DNA of 64,000 nt from Candidatus Udaeobacter sp. (lineage in GTDB: Bacteria > Patescibacteriota > Patescibacteriia > Magasanikbacterales > GWA2-37-8). A program made the position numbers and the translations under genes. Below the pieces are notes generated by a model. The model did no database searches and was not told where the DNA came from. It saw nothing but the letters and a program-made list of their open reading frames with translations. Below are positions 27,842 through 40,000 of this stretch, one piece after another (position 1 is the stretch's first letter; every line of letters starts with the position of its first letter). The DNA is taken from the NCBI GenBank assembly GCA_035473115.1, contig DATION010000001.1, forward strand, positions 461 through 64,460, written 5' to 3'.

Positions 27842-29866
27842 ATGATAAATTTTTCTGCGGAATTAAACCCGGAACAGCTAGAAGTTGTTTTGCACGGTGA
27901 TGGACCGTGTTTAGTTTTGGCTGGCGCGGGCAGCGGCAAGACCAGAGTCATTACCTACCGAGTGGCTTATCTTTTAGAAAAAGGAGTTAGCCCAGAAAAT
28001 GTTTTGCTGGTTACTTTTACCAATAAAGCGGCTGATGAAATGATTCGCCGTATGCAGCAGCTTACAGGTGTAGAAGAAAAATTGCCTTGGGCGGGAACTT
28101 TTCACCACATTGCCTACAGAATTTTGCGGCAATATGCTCCGCTATTGGGTCATAAAAATAATTTTTCCGTATTGGATAGCGATGACAGTGAAGCGTTAGT
28201 CAAGTTATGTGCCAAACCATTTAAATCAGAAGACAAAAGAAAATTTCCTTCCGCTTCTATTTTACAAAATATTATTAGTTACAGCCGTAACTCTCAGTCG
28301 AGTATAAATGATGTTTTGGAATCAAAATATCCGCAGTGGCTAATTATTGAAGATCAGATAAAAAGTATTGCTCATGAGTATGGCTTAAAAAAGAAAGAAG
28401 CTAATGCCATGGACTTTGATGATCTGCTGGTTAATTTTTTATTATTGCTCAATAGTCAATCAGTTTTGCAAAAATATGCCGAGCAGTTCAAATATATTTT
28501 GGTGGATGAATATCAAGATACGAATAAAATTCAGGCTTCCATAATAAAAAAATTAGCCTCGGTTCATAATAATATTTTGGTGGTAGGCGATGATGCGCAA
28601 AGTATTTATTCTTTTCGCGCGGCCGATGTGCAAAATATTCTTGAGTTCGAAAAAGATTATCCGAACGCCAAAATTTTTAAATTGGAAACCAATTATCGTT
28701 CCAGCCAGGAAATTTTGGATGTGGCCAATGAAGTCATCTCTTTTAATTTGAAGCAGTATAAAAAAGAATTAAAAACTTTGTCTAAAAGCGGATTGAAACC
28801 AAGCTTGCATCCGCAGATGGATGCGGCCGGAGAAGCTGAGTTTGTGACCAGTAAAATTTTGGAATTAATAGATGGCGGTACGCCGGAAAACGAAATTGCC
28901 GTTTTGTTTCGCGCCGCTTATCATTCGCAGATGCTCGAAATGGAATTAGTCAAAGCTGGAATTAGTTATGATTATCGAGGGGGCTTAAGATTTTTTGAAC
29001 GTGCCCATGTCAAAGACGTTTTGGCTTATATGCGCATCTTAAATAATTTTGCTGATACTGCCGCTTGGATGCGGGTCTTGATGCATGAAGAAGGCATTGG
29101 TCCGGCCGCGGCTGGCAAAATTGTTGAAGCGCTAAAGAGCGCCACCAATGTGGAAGATGTGAAAACTATTGGCCAAAAAGTTTTGGGAGAAAAAGCCAAG
29201 AATGGTTGGTATAGTTTTGTGCGGATTTGGGAAGCGATGCTGGGAAATAGCAAAACCGATGCAGCTGCTTTAATTGACGCAATTATAAATTCTCCGTACA
29301 AAGATTATTTGGAGTCAGAATTTTTGGATAGCAAAGATAGACTGGAAGACTTGGTGCAGCTGCAAGTTTTTGCCAAAAAATATAATGAACTGGAACAATT
29401 TTTGGCCGAAGCGACTCTGCAAGAATCTTTTAATATCAAAAATAATCAAAGCAAAAATCATCATGGCCCGAAAGTTGTTCTTTCAACTATTCATCAAGCC
29501 AAAGGTTTGGAATGGTCGGCCGTATTTATTATTAATTTATCCAGTGGCGCTTTTCCTAGCGATCGATCTTTTCGCGAACCCAATGGTTTGGAAGAAGAGC
29601 GCCGTTTGTTTTATGTGGCCATCACCCGCGCCAAAAAATATTTACATTTGACTTATCCCATGGCTGGCGGCGGATTTGGCGACTCTATGTCCGGCCCAAG
29701 TTTGTTTTTGGGAGAAATTAGTTCGGATTTAATTGAAGACCATTCTTTATTATCGGGCAATGGCTTGGTTTTAAATGATGAAGAAGCGGGAGTGACTTAT
29801 GAATCGGAAGACAAGCCTTTACAGATTAAACCAGGCAGTTTTTTGCGCAGTTTGGATGATTTATAG
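27842..29866 (+). CDS. pcrA: UvrD/PcrA superfamily 1 helicase
   Basis: LAGAGSGKT, VDEYQD, VGDDAQSIY.FR, TIHQAKGLE, EERRLFYVAITRA. Confidence 0.93.
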   Translation: MINFSAELNPEQLEVVLHGDGPCLVLAGAGSGKTRVITYRVAYLLEKGVSPENVLLVTFTNKAADEMIRRMQQLTGVEEKLPWAGTFHHIAYRILRQYAPLLGHKNNFSVLDSDDSEALVKLCAKPFKSEDKRKFPSASILQNIISYSRNSQSSINDVLESKYPQWLIIEDQIKSIAHEYGLKKKEANAMDFDDLLVNFLLLLNSQSVLQKYAEQFKYILVDEYQDTNKIQASIIKKLASVHNNILVVGDDAQSIYSFRAADVQNILEFEKDYPNAKIFKLETNYRSSQEILDVANEVISFNLKQYKKELKTLSKSGLKPSLHPQMDAAGEAEFVTSKILELIDGGTPENEIAVLFRAAYHSQMLEMELVKAGISYDYRGGLRFFERAHVKDVLAYMRILNNFADTAAWMRVLMHEEGIGPAAAGKIVEALKSATNVEDVKTIGQKVLGEKAKNGWYSFVRIWEAMLGNSKTDAAALIDAIINSPYKDYLESEFLDSKDRLEDLVQLQVFAKKYNELEQFLAEATLQESFNIKNNQSKNHHGPKVVLSTIHQAKGLEWSAVFIINLSSGAFPSDRSFREPNGLEEERRLFYVAITRAKKYLHLTYPMAGGGFGDSMSGPSLFLGEISSDLIEDHSLLSGNGLVLNDEEAGVTYESEDKPLQIKPGSFLRSLDDL

Positions 29867-29930
29867 GTTGACTTTTGAGTGATTTTTTGGTATAATATAT
29901 AGGTAAGATTTTTATTTTTTAAATTAAAAT

Positions 29931-30587
29931 ATGCCAGATGAAAGAGGTGGAAGATATTTTGGCGGTAAAAGAATAGATGAAAAATTAGGAACTACCGTCG
30001 GTGGAGAAATTGAGCCTACAGAAGTGGTAAATGCGGAACCTTTTGCTCAAGCAAGCTCTATTGATGAGATGATAGCCATTTTAAGACAATTGCCTGAAAC
30101 GACATTTATAGACAATTATAACAAACCTGCTGGAGAATCTTATAGAAAAGTTCTAGAGGTTATAAAAGAAGGAATAGGTAGAGGGATTGTCTTACCAAAG
30201 GAAGTATTCCGTTTGGTTTCTGGTAAATTTGGCTTGCGAGAGTCTGTTGTTAGGGTAATGTCTCCTAGCTTTATACAGGACAATACATTTGCTGATGTTA
30301 TGCCAAAATTGCGCAGAGCTGAAGAGCAAAATCAAGAGCTCGTGGCTTTCCGTGATATTACCGGTAAACCTCTATCTTTACTAAAAAATACCAGTGGTGA
30401 TGCTATAGATATAGCAAACTATATTAAAACTTTAGAGAATATTATAGGAAGTTTCGGTAATCAGTATCCTCCTGATCGCGACTCTCTTCATGCTGTGGCA
30501 GAGAAATTTACTAGCTCACAGGGGTTTAGAGGAGCGGTAAAAAGAAGCATAGAGAATGCTTTAGCGGCGTATCAAAGAAATCCTTGA
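29931..30587 (+). CDS. Hypothetical protein
   Basis: 218-aa ORF with TTGACT..TATAAT promoter upstream. Confidence 0.7.
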   Translation: MPDERGGRYFGGKRIDEKLGTTVGGEIEPTEVVNAEPFAQASSIDEMIAILRQLPETTFIDNYNKPAGESYRKVLEVIKEGIGRGIVLPKEVFRLVSGKFGLRESVVRVMSPSFIQDNTFADVMPKLRRAEEQNQELVAFRDITGKPLSLLKNTSGDAIDIANYIKTLENIIGSFGNQYPPDRDSLHAVAEKFTSSQGFRGAVKRSIENALAAYQRNP

Positions 30588-30833
30588 CATTTTTTTGATT
30601 TTAATTTATACTCATACCTAGAACGCAAATAACACTCGTGGCTGAGCAACTTCCGTTCAGTTTTTTTGTTACTGGCTCGAAATTTATAGCTTAAGCTAAT
30701 AAATTTCATTAGCAGTAACAATCCGCCGAGTTTGCTGATACCCAGAGCCGAATGGTTGTGCGGTGGAGCGAGAGGGGGATATCTAACATTAAATTTAAGA
30801 CTTATTAATTTAACTCAAAGAAATTAGCAGACT

Positions 30834-31262
30834 ATGCCTACAATAAATCAGCTTATCCGCAAAGGTAGACACAGCAAGGTACGCAAAAGCAAAGTACCTG
30901 CTTTGCAGTTTACCATCGACAACTTGCACAGACGCAAAACTATTTTTGCCAAAGGAACTTCTTTTAAGAGAGGTGTTTGTACCAAGGTATATACCACTAC
31001 TCCAAAAAAACCAAACTCTGCTTTGCGTAAAGTAGCCAAGGTTCGTCTTTCCAACGGTATGGAAGTTATCGCTTATATTCCTGGAGAAGGACACAATTTA
31101 CAGGAACACTCCATCGTATTATTACGCGGCGGCCGTGTAAAAGATTTACCAGGTGTGCGTTATCATATCGTACGCGGTGTTTATGATGCTCAGGGTGTGG
31201 AAGGCAGAAAAAAGGGTCGCAGTTTGTATGGCGCCAAGAGACCAAAGGCAGCTAAGAAATAG
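30834..31262 (+). CDS. rpsL: 30S ribosomal protein S12
   Basis: [27 protein letters not shown]. Confidence 0.99.
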   Translation: MPTINQLIRKGRHSKVRKSKVPALQFTIDNLHRRKTIFAKGTSFKRGVCTKVYTTTPKKPNSALRKVAKVRLSNGMEVIAYIPGEGHNLQEHSIVLLRGGRVKDLPGVRYHIVRGVYDAQGVEGRKKGRSLYGAKRPKAAKK

Positions 31263-31295
31263 TAATTCCTAAATCATTTATCATCATAAAATAAT

Positions 31296-31772
31296 ATGCG
31301 CGGTGGAAAAAAAGATTACTTAAGAGTGATAGCTCCGGACCCAAAATACGGCAGTGTATCTCTGGCTAAATTTATCAATCATATAATGAAAGGCGGAAAG
31401 AAAACAGTTGCGCAAACAATTGTTTATTCTGCTTTTGACAAAATTGCGGCAGCCAAAAAAGATCCGATGAAAACTTTTGAGGATGCCATCAAAACTGTGC
31501 AGCCTCAAGTAGAAGTTCGTTCTCGCCGAGTTGGCGGAGCCAACTACCAGGTGCCGATGCCGGTTAGCGCCAGCCGCCAAAATGCTCTAACTTTCCGTTG
31601 GATTGTAGATGCAGCTCGCAGCAAAAAAGGCCAGGCTATGGCCGATAAATTAGCTGCAGTTTTAATGGACAGCGCCCAAGGCGTTGGTGATGCAATTAAA
31701 AAACGCGATGATGTTCACAGAATGGCTGAAGCCAACAAGGCCTTTGCTCATTTTGCGAGATTTGCTAAGTAA
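31296..31772 (+). CDS. rpsG: 30S ribosomal protein S7
   Basis: SRRVGGANYQVP, MAEANKAFAH. Confidence 0.99.
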   Translation: MRGGKKDYLRVIAPDPKYGSVSLAKFINHIMKGGKKTVAQTIVYSAFDKIAAAKKDPMKTFEDAIKTVQPQVEVRSRRVGGANYQVPMPVSASRQNALTFRWIVDAARSKKGQAMADKLAAVLMDSAQGVGDAIKKRDDVHRMAEANKAFAHFARFAK

Positions 31773-31784
31773 AAATTAAATTTT

Positions 31785-33860
31785 ATGCCACGTGAATTTG
31801 CTTTGGATAAATCGAGAAATATCGGCATCATGGCTCACATTGATGCAGGTAAAACTACTACTACTGAGCGTGTTTTGTTTTATACAGGTAAAAAACATAA
31901 GATCGGTGAAGTGCATGAAGGTGCTGCCGAAATGGACTGGATGGAACAAGAAAAAGAACGCGGTATTACTATTACTTCCGCGGCTACTACCTGTTTTTGG
32001 AAAGGTTTTCGTATCAATATCATTGATACTCCGGGCCACGTAGATTTTACCGTAGAAGTAGAGCGTTCTCTGCGCGTTTTAGACGGCGCGGTTGCTTTAT
32101 TTGATAGTTCTCAGGGTGTGGAACCACAATCAGAAACTGTTTGGCACCAAGCGGATAAATATAATGTTTCCCGCATTGCTTTTGTAAATAAAATGGATAA
32201 ACTTGGAGCTGACTTCTTTATGAGTTTAGCTTCCATTAATGAAAGATTATCCAAAGATGCTGTGGCTGTACAGTTGCCGATTGGCGCAGATAGCACATTT
32301 TCTGGATTAATTGATTTAATCGAAGAAAAGGCTTTTAAATTTGAAGGCCAGCACGGAGAAAATATCGTTGAAATTCCTATTCCGGAAGACATGAAAGAAA
32401 TGGTAAAAGAATACAGAGGAAAAATGATTGAAAAAGTTTCCGAAGCTTCCGATGAATTAATGGACAAGTATCTTAACGGTCAATCTTTGACAGTTGAAGA
32501 AATTAAAAAAGCGATCAGAGTTTTGGTTTTGCAAAGTAAAATGTACCCAGTTCTTTGCGGATCTGCTTTGTCCAATATCGGTGTGCAGTTCATGCTTGAT
32601 GCTGTAACTGCTTATCTGCCTTCTCCTTTGGATATGCCACCGGTCAAAGGTGTTAATCCGGATTCCGAAGCTGAAGAAACTCGTCAGGCCGATGATAATC
32701 AGCCATTCTCCGCTTTAGCTTTTAAAATTGCTACTGATCCGTTTGTTGGTAAATTAATTTTCTTCCGTGTTTATTCCGGCCATGTTTCCGCTGGTAGTTA
32801 TGTTTACAACAGCACCAATGGCACCAAAGAACGCTTGGGCAGAATCGTGCGTATGCATGCTAACCACCGTGAAGATGTAACTGATGTTTATGCCGGAGAA
32901 ATCGCGGCAGCCATTGGTTTAAAATCGACTTTTACCGGTGATACTCTTTGCTCTGAAGATAATCCAGTAATTTTGGAAAAAATTGTTTTCCCAGAGCCGG
33001 TTATCTCTATTGCTATTGAACCAAAAACAAAAGCTGACCAAGAAAGAATTGGTATGGCTCTGCAAAAAATGACTGAAGAAGATCCAACCTTCCGCGTACG
33101 CACCGATGAAGAAACATTGCAGACTATTATTTCCGGCATGGGTGAATTGCACTTAGATATTATCGTTGATCGCATGCGTCGTGAATTTAAAGTTGAAGCT
33201 AATGTTGGTAAACCTCAAGTTGCTTATAAAGAAACAATTAAAACTTCGGCTGAAGCTGAAGGTAAATATGTTAAGCAGTCTGGTGGTAAGGGTCAGTATG
33301 GTCATTGTTGGATTAAAGTTGAGCCGATGGAACAAGGAGCTGGCTACGAATTTATTGATGAAGTAAAAGGCGGTTCTATTCCAAAAGAATTTATTCCAGC
33401 TATTGAAAAAGGTGTTAAAGCATCTTTGACCCGCGGTATTCAAGCAGGGTTCCCGGTAGTAGATGTCAAAGTTACTGTTTATGATGGTTCTTACCATGAA
33501 GTTGATTCTTCCGAACAAGCCTTTAAGATGGCCGGTTCAATGGCTTTCCAAGCAGCTTGTAAGAGAGCCAATCCAATGATTATGGAACCGATAATGAAAG
33601 TAGAAACTGTCACTCCGGAAAGTTTCATGGGTGATGTGATTGGTGACTTGAATTCCAAACGCGGACAGATTCAAGAAATGTTTGATCGCGGAACAATGAA
33701 AGTTGTGAAAGCAATTGTACCGTTGGCCAACATGTTCGGTTATGCCACCACCTTGCGCAGTATCAGTCAGGGCCGCGCCAGCTATAGTATGGAATTTGGT
33801 CATTACTCCGAAGTTCCAAGTAATGTGGCTGCAACTATTATTGCCGGTAGTCAAAAATAA
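31785..33860 (+). CDS. fusA: Elongation factor G
   Basis: [30 protein letters not shown]. Confidence 0.99.
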   Translation: MPREFALDKSRNIGIMAHIDAGKTTTTERVLFYTGKKHKIGEVHEGAAEMDWMEQEKERGITITSAATTCFWKGFRINIIDTPGHVDFTVEVERSLRVLDGAVALFDSSQGVEPQSETVWHQADKYNVSRIAFVNKMDKLGADFFMSLASINERLSKDAVAVQLPIGADSTFSGLIDLIEEKAFKFEGQHGENIVEIPIPEDMKEMVKEYRGKMIEKVSEASDELMDKYLNGQSLTVEEIKKAIRVLVLQSKMYPVLCGSALSNIGVQFMLDAVTAYLPSPLDMPPVKGVNPDSEAEETRQADDNQPFSALAFKIATDPFVGKLIFFRVYSGHVSAGSYVYNSTNGTKERLGRIVRMHANHREDVTDVYAGEIAAAIGLKSTFTGDTLCSEDNPVILEKIVFPEPVISIAIEPKTKADQERIGMALQKMTEEDPTFRVRTDEETLQTIISGMGELHLDIIVDRMRREFKVEANVGKPQVAYKETIKTSAEAEGKYVKQSGGKGQYGHCWIKVEPMEQGAGYEFIDEVKGGSIPKEFIPAIEKGVKASLTRGIQAGFPVVDVKVTVYDGSYHEVDSSEQAFKMAGSMAFQAACKRANPMIMEPIMKVETVTPESFMGDVIGDLNSKRGQIQEMFDRGTMKVVKAIVPLANMFGYATTLRSISQGRASYSMEFGHYSEVPSNVAATIIAGSQK

Positions 33861-34007
33861 TTTTAAGGGTATTTAAGCCCAAATAAACTAAAAATCCAGT
33901 CTAATTAGACTGGATTTTTAGTTTAAGTAAAATTTACCTAAAACTAAGTGCATCGTTTTATTTTTTATGGTATAATAAAAACCAATAAAGAAAGCCACTT
34001 TATTTTT

Positions 34008-37000
34008 ATGAAGAGGGGACAAATTTTTAGTTTATACCCAGTTCTCTTCAAGAGAAAATTAAAGAGATTATTTTTGTTGTTTAAAGAAAAATATAATCCG
34101 CATTTAATAATTATAAAAAAGAAATTTCATGTTACGGTGGCGGTAATTTTACTGACAGTAATTTTGGTAAATTTATTTCAATTTTGGTCAGTGCCGATAG
34201 TTCAGGGTGCTACCTATACTTTTGTGCAAAGAGATTGGAGCGGAGGAGTTAGTAATTCTGTAATTGTTCATCCTGATAATCAAACCGGTTGGAATAGTTT
34301 TTCTACCAGCACAAATACCTTTACATCAGGAACCACCACAGTCTCTATCGCCAGCAGCACATACAGTTCTACTGACGACGGCACTTTTTCATCCACTGGC
34401 AGCGCAACTGGCGGCGGTTTTAGCAACGGTGCAACTTCCACTACTTCTATATCAGGCAGCGGCAGCTCTGCCTCCATTAAATTATCCGGTAGCACTACAG
34501 CGGTAAATCGTGTTACTGCCACAACTACAATGACTGGTGCTTTTTATCACGGAGGTGGTCAGATGGTTGGTGCTGCTGGATCTGATTATTTATATATTAT
34601 TGAAGGAGGTAATCGAGCTGCCCCACTGCGTCGTTTGACTATCTCAACTGCTGCTACTTCCAGTTTGGCCACTTATACCTATGCGTATTTTGGCGCTCAA
34701 TTGCTTTGGAATGGCAGTGATGATTATATTTATTTAGCTGAAGGGCAAAATGATAAATTTGATCGTTATTCAATATCAGGTAATTCATGGACTTCAATGG
34801 CTAATTTTCCGGCATCTTTACCAACTGATGTTTCAGAAACTGCTGCTTTACGTTACAACACAGAAGATTACATTTATTTTTTTAGAGGCAGCAGATTTGC
34901 TGATTTTTACCGTTACTCAATCAGCGGCAACAGTTGGTCTTCACTAACCTCATTACCAATAGTAGCTGGTTATGGTATTCAGGCAACAAGAGATGCAAAC
35001 AGCGATAGTATATATGTTTTACCTGCCAATGGTACTAATTTTTATCGCTATTCTATCGCTGGAGATTCGTGGACATCTATGGCAGCTGTTCCTTTATCTT
35101 TTGGTACTACTACAAATGCCGGTATTTTGCATGATGAAGGCAGTGATTATATTTATCTTTTAGTCGGAGATCATCTGTATAGGTATTCAATTAGTGGTAA
35201 CTCCTGGACAACTATGGCTGACGCTTCGTCGGTAAATCCTGATTTTGGTACAACATTATTGCATACTGCCGGCGAAGACACAATTTATGTGACTGGCCAA
35301 TGGGATTGTTGTGCTTCTGTGAGGGTATGGGCATATTCTATTAGCGGCGACAGCTGGACACAGTATGCTATAGTTTCAAACCATAGTGGTGGTTATGGTT
35401 CGCCAAATAAAACAGCTTTTCGTCGTACTTCTGATGAGTCTTTTTATTTTATTACGGCTGCTGGTGGAGATAGTGAAGTGTTCAAATATACAATTAGTCA
35501 AACGATATATAATTCTTCTGGCAACTTTACATCTGCCAGCCTGGATTTAGGGGTTGCCAAAATGAATTCTTTGTCTTGGACCAGCACAACTCCGTCCGGA
35601 GTTGGGAGTAATTCAATCCAATTCCAACTAGCTGCCAATAATGATAACAGTACTTGGAATTATGTTGGTCCGGATGGCACAAATTCTACATTTTTTACTA
35701 GTAACGGCACAACTTCTTTTCCTTCATCTCTGCTAAACAAAAGATATTGGCGGTATAAAGCATTTTTAACTACTGCTGATACCACTGTTTCGCCATCGTT
35801 AGACAGCGTTACTTTTTCTTATTCCTCTTACGCAACCTCTAGCTCTTTAATTTCCTCTATATACGATACGGTTGATCCAACAAATGTTTTGGCCAGCATT
35901 GGTTGGAGCCCATTTTTGCCAACTAGCACTACTATTAAATTTCAACTGCGCACCGGATCTAGCACCTCCAGTATAAACTCGGCCACCTGGGTTGGTCCGG
36001 ATGGTACAGCCTCCACTTTTTTTACTAATAGTTCCGGAGAGACTACCACTTCCACTATGCGTGATGGATCCGGTGATAGATATTTCCAGTACAAGGCTTT
36101 CTTACAAACCACAAATCCTGCATTTACGCCGGTCCTTTCCAGCGTTACTAGCACCTATGTAGTTAATGCTAATCCGGAAATTCAAAATGTTTCCGCCAGT
36201 GAAAATGGTAGTGGTGTAGTAACTATTACTTATCAAGCCAGAGATCCTGATACTAGCACAGGTACTGTTAATCCGGGCTTTGTCAGCTCCACGTTTGAAT
36301 ACTTAGACGCCAACGGCGCTTATCAAACTATACCTGCCAATCAGCTTTCAGCCGGAGCAAATAGTAATTTGGCTGTTCAAGGAGTTAACTGGACTACCTC
36401 TACTGTTAGTTGGACATTGCCGTCCGGGCTTAATATTGCCGCTAGTCGGATAAGAGTAACGGTAAATGATAATGAAGCGGCGAATAACACCGCTGCCTCT
36501 TCTTCGCCTACCTTTCAGATAGATAGCGTTGCTCCATCGGCAACATCAGTAATTGTGGATGGTTCCCAAACACCAGCTCTGCTTACTTTTAATGTCAGTG
36601 ATAGTTCTACTTTATTCATGAAAGTTTCGGAAAATAGTACCTTATCAGATGTTTCTACCTGGTCAGCTTTTACAGCCACTACCACATTTACACTGAGTTC
36701 TAATCCAGATACAGTTTATGCTCAGTTTAAAGATGTTTATGGTAATACCTCAACTATTGTTCATGCCACGACACCGCAAACCCCAAATAGTTTTATCGTT
36801 CAGGATAATTCCAATGTTTTAAATGGCGCTACTGATTATCGTCTTTTTGTAGCTTGGAGAGTAGTGGCTACTCCTAGTCCGGGCTTTGGCAGCTATAAAG
36901 TTTATCGATCTGAGGATCAATCCACCTGGACTTTAATTTCAACCATTAGTTCTATCAGTGATAATTTCGTTACTGACAATACCACTGTTTCAAATACTCT

Positions 37001-40000
37001 TTACTATTATAAAGTAAAAACTGTTGATGCGGATGGCAACACTTCAGTTTTTTCTTCCATTGTAAATGGGCGCGCTAATGGCGCCCAAGATGCTGGTGAA
37101 GGTGGAGGCGGGTCAGGTGTAGGCAGCGATCCGGTTATTACTTCGGTCGCCACTTCTTCACCTACTCCATCTTCTATCACCATTACTTGGGATACGGATG
37201 CTTTATCTAATTCTGTTGTTGGTTTTTCTACTACCCCAGGAAATTTTACCGATAATACCGTGACGGTTAATTCCATGGTAAATAATTCTTCCGGAGTAGG
37301 AAATCACAATGTGGTTTTGGGAGGACTTGTTCCAAATACTACTTATTATTTTAATGTAAAATCTGTTTCCGCCAGCAACGCTTCTTCAACCGATAGTAAT
37401 GGCGGTAATGGTTATATTTTTACCACTCCTTCCGGCCCGACTATTACCGGGGTTTCGGCCGTAGAAGTTAATAATACTTTTGCCAGAGTAGTTTGGAGTA
37501 CTTCAGAAAATTCTAACAGTTCAGTAATTTATTCCACTTCCACAAGCTTAACCAACTCTGTAACCACCAGTTCTGTTCAAATGGGCACTGCCCATGATAT
37601 GACTTTAACTGGTTTAACAGCCGGTACGAGATATTATTTTTACGTTCAATCGGTCAACGGATCCGGAGTAACTTCCACAGATAAAAATTTAGTAGGTGGC
37701 ATACTTCAATATTTTAATTTGGCGACTACTCTAGACAGCACCGGTCCGACAATTTCTTCCATTGCCACCACTACCAGCGATAACTCGGCTAACATTACTT
37801 GGAACACAAACGAAAGCGCCGATTCGCAAATTATTTATGGTCTTACGACTAGTTATGGCTCCACTACTACTTTAGATAGTACTTTTACTACTCAACATTT
37901 AATGACTCTCTCGGGACTTAGTTCTTCAACAGCTTATCATTTCAAAATATTATCCAGAGATAAAAATAATAATTTAACAGCTTCAGCTGATCAATTAATA
38001 ATTACTTCCGCTACTCCCGATACTACCGCGCCAATTATTACTAGTGTTGCCACCTCTAGCGTATCTCTGACCGGCGCCACTGTTACTTGGACAACAGACG
38101 AGTTAGCTTCCTCAATTGTTGAATACGGTATTACCACTTCTTCATATAGCAGTCTGGCTGGTTCAAATTCCGATTCAGTCACTTCGCATTCTGTTTCTTT
38201 AGCTAGTCTGAGCGGCAATACTGCTTATTATTTTAGAGTTAGATCAGCTGATTCGGCCGGCAATTCGGCCATGAGTGATAATAGCGGCCAGGGCTGGCAA
38301 TTTGTTACCGTAGCCGATACCACTGGTCCGGTAATTTCGGATGTAAATCTTTTGGTCAATGATACTTCGGTAGCAATTTCTTGGACAACCAATGAGCCGG
38401 CTAGTTCAGAAGTTGATTATGATACAACTTCCAGTACATTCGGTTTTTCTAGCTCCACTGCTTCACTCGTTACCAACCATACAATTACTATTACCGGTTT
38501 AACAACTAATGTTACTTATTTCTTCCGCCTAAAATCCACGGATAGTGCTGGTAATACTACTATAGATAATAATGGCGGTGCTGCTTATAGCTTTACTACT
38601 CAACAGACTCCGGGCTTGGTTAGAGTAGGTGGCGGCGGTGGCGGAGCGCCAAGAGATACCGATCCTCCGGAAATTAGCAATCTTAGCATAACCGATATTG
38701 CTCCTAGCTCAGCTAGTGTTATTTGGCAAACCAGTGAAGATGGTAATTCTTTGGTACGGTTTGGATCAAGTATTAAATATGGAACTTTAACCGGTAATGA
38801 TTCAGAACTGCTTACTTCCAAACATAATGTCAGTCTGTTTGATTTAAAACCAGGACAAACCTATCATCTAAGAGCCGTAACTTATGATGCTGCCGGTAAT
38901 CGCGCCGAATCAATCGATAAAACTTTTTCAACTTTGAATTCAGACGGTTCGGAAGTTACCCCAAGCACTAGCACCGAAAAGACACCGGAAGAAGAGGTGA
39001 CTCCGGAAACCCAATTTATATCCGATTCTTTGCAGAAGGCTTCAAGTCAATCTTTGCAAAAGTTCCTAGCTGATATAGCTTCTAATCCATTCTTGAAAAA
39101 TATTCCTGAAGATAAGTTTATTCAAGCTATTTTCGAAATGACCAGTAAAGTAGTTGAAGCTCCGACCATCGTTGGAGTTAAACCGACAGTAGAAGTAAAA
39201 GGAACCTCCGCTCTTATTAGGTGGTCGACAGATAAAAAATCTTCCTCTGAGTTAAACTATGCCAGAGATGTTGATTATAAGCCTGCTTCTAATAACGCTT
39301 ACACTAACGCAGCTGTTAATCCGGATGAATTTAGTGTTAACCATTCTGTACAATTAACTGGTCTTGATCCGGGAGTCTTATATCACTTTAAAGTAAGTTC
39401 AAAAGGCTTAATTGGTCCGGCAGCTGTCAGCGGTGACTATACTTTCTTAACCACCGGTGATCTGCCGATAATTTCCAATATTAAAGTGGCCAGACCAACT
39501 GAATCGCAGTCTTCTATCATAGTTGATTGGAGAACCAATATTCCGACTGCCGGTACCGTAGAATATAAGAATGTTAAATCCGGACAATCCTTGACCCAAG
39601 GAGACGAAACATTGCTCGTTAATCATGAAGTTGCTCTCAAAGGTTTGGAGGGCGGCGTAAATTATACTTTAGTTATCAAAGCTAGAGATGAATTCAAAAA
39701 CGAAGTTGCCAGTTTGCCGATAACATTCTCCACTCTTTTAGATAAGATAAGTCCGGTAATAACTAAACTTTCTTCCGAATCAACTTTATACCCGGGTAAA
39801 GATTCTAAAGTTCAAACTATTATTTCTTGGGAGACAGATGAGCCGGCTACTTCTCAAGTGTTCTATCAGGAAGGTTTGGCTGGTGATAATGTAATTTCGT
39901 TGCCGCTAGACACCTCGCTTAATACTCGCCACGTGGTGGTAATAACCAAATTTAAACCTGGCACAGTTTATAAATATTGGGTAGAATCAAAGGATCTGGC

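Noticed and set aside
34700-39990. DGR template/variable repeats in the giant protein
   Set aside because: Repeats are protein-level with scattered differences, no adenine-specific pattern seen and no reverse transcriptase in the window
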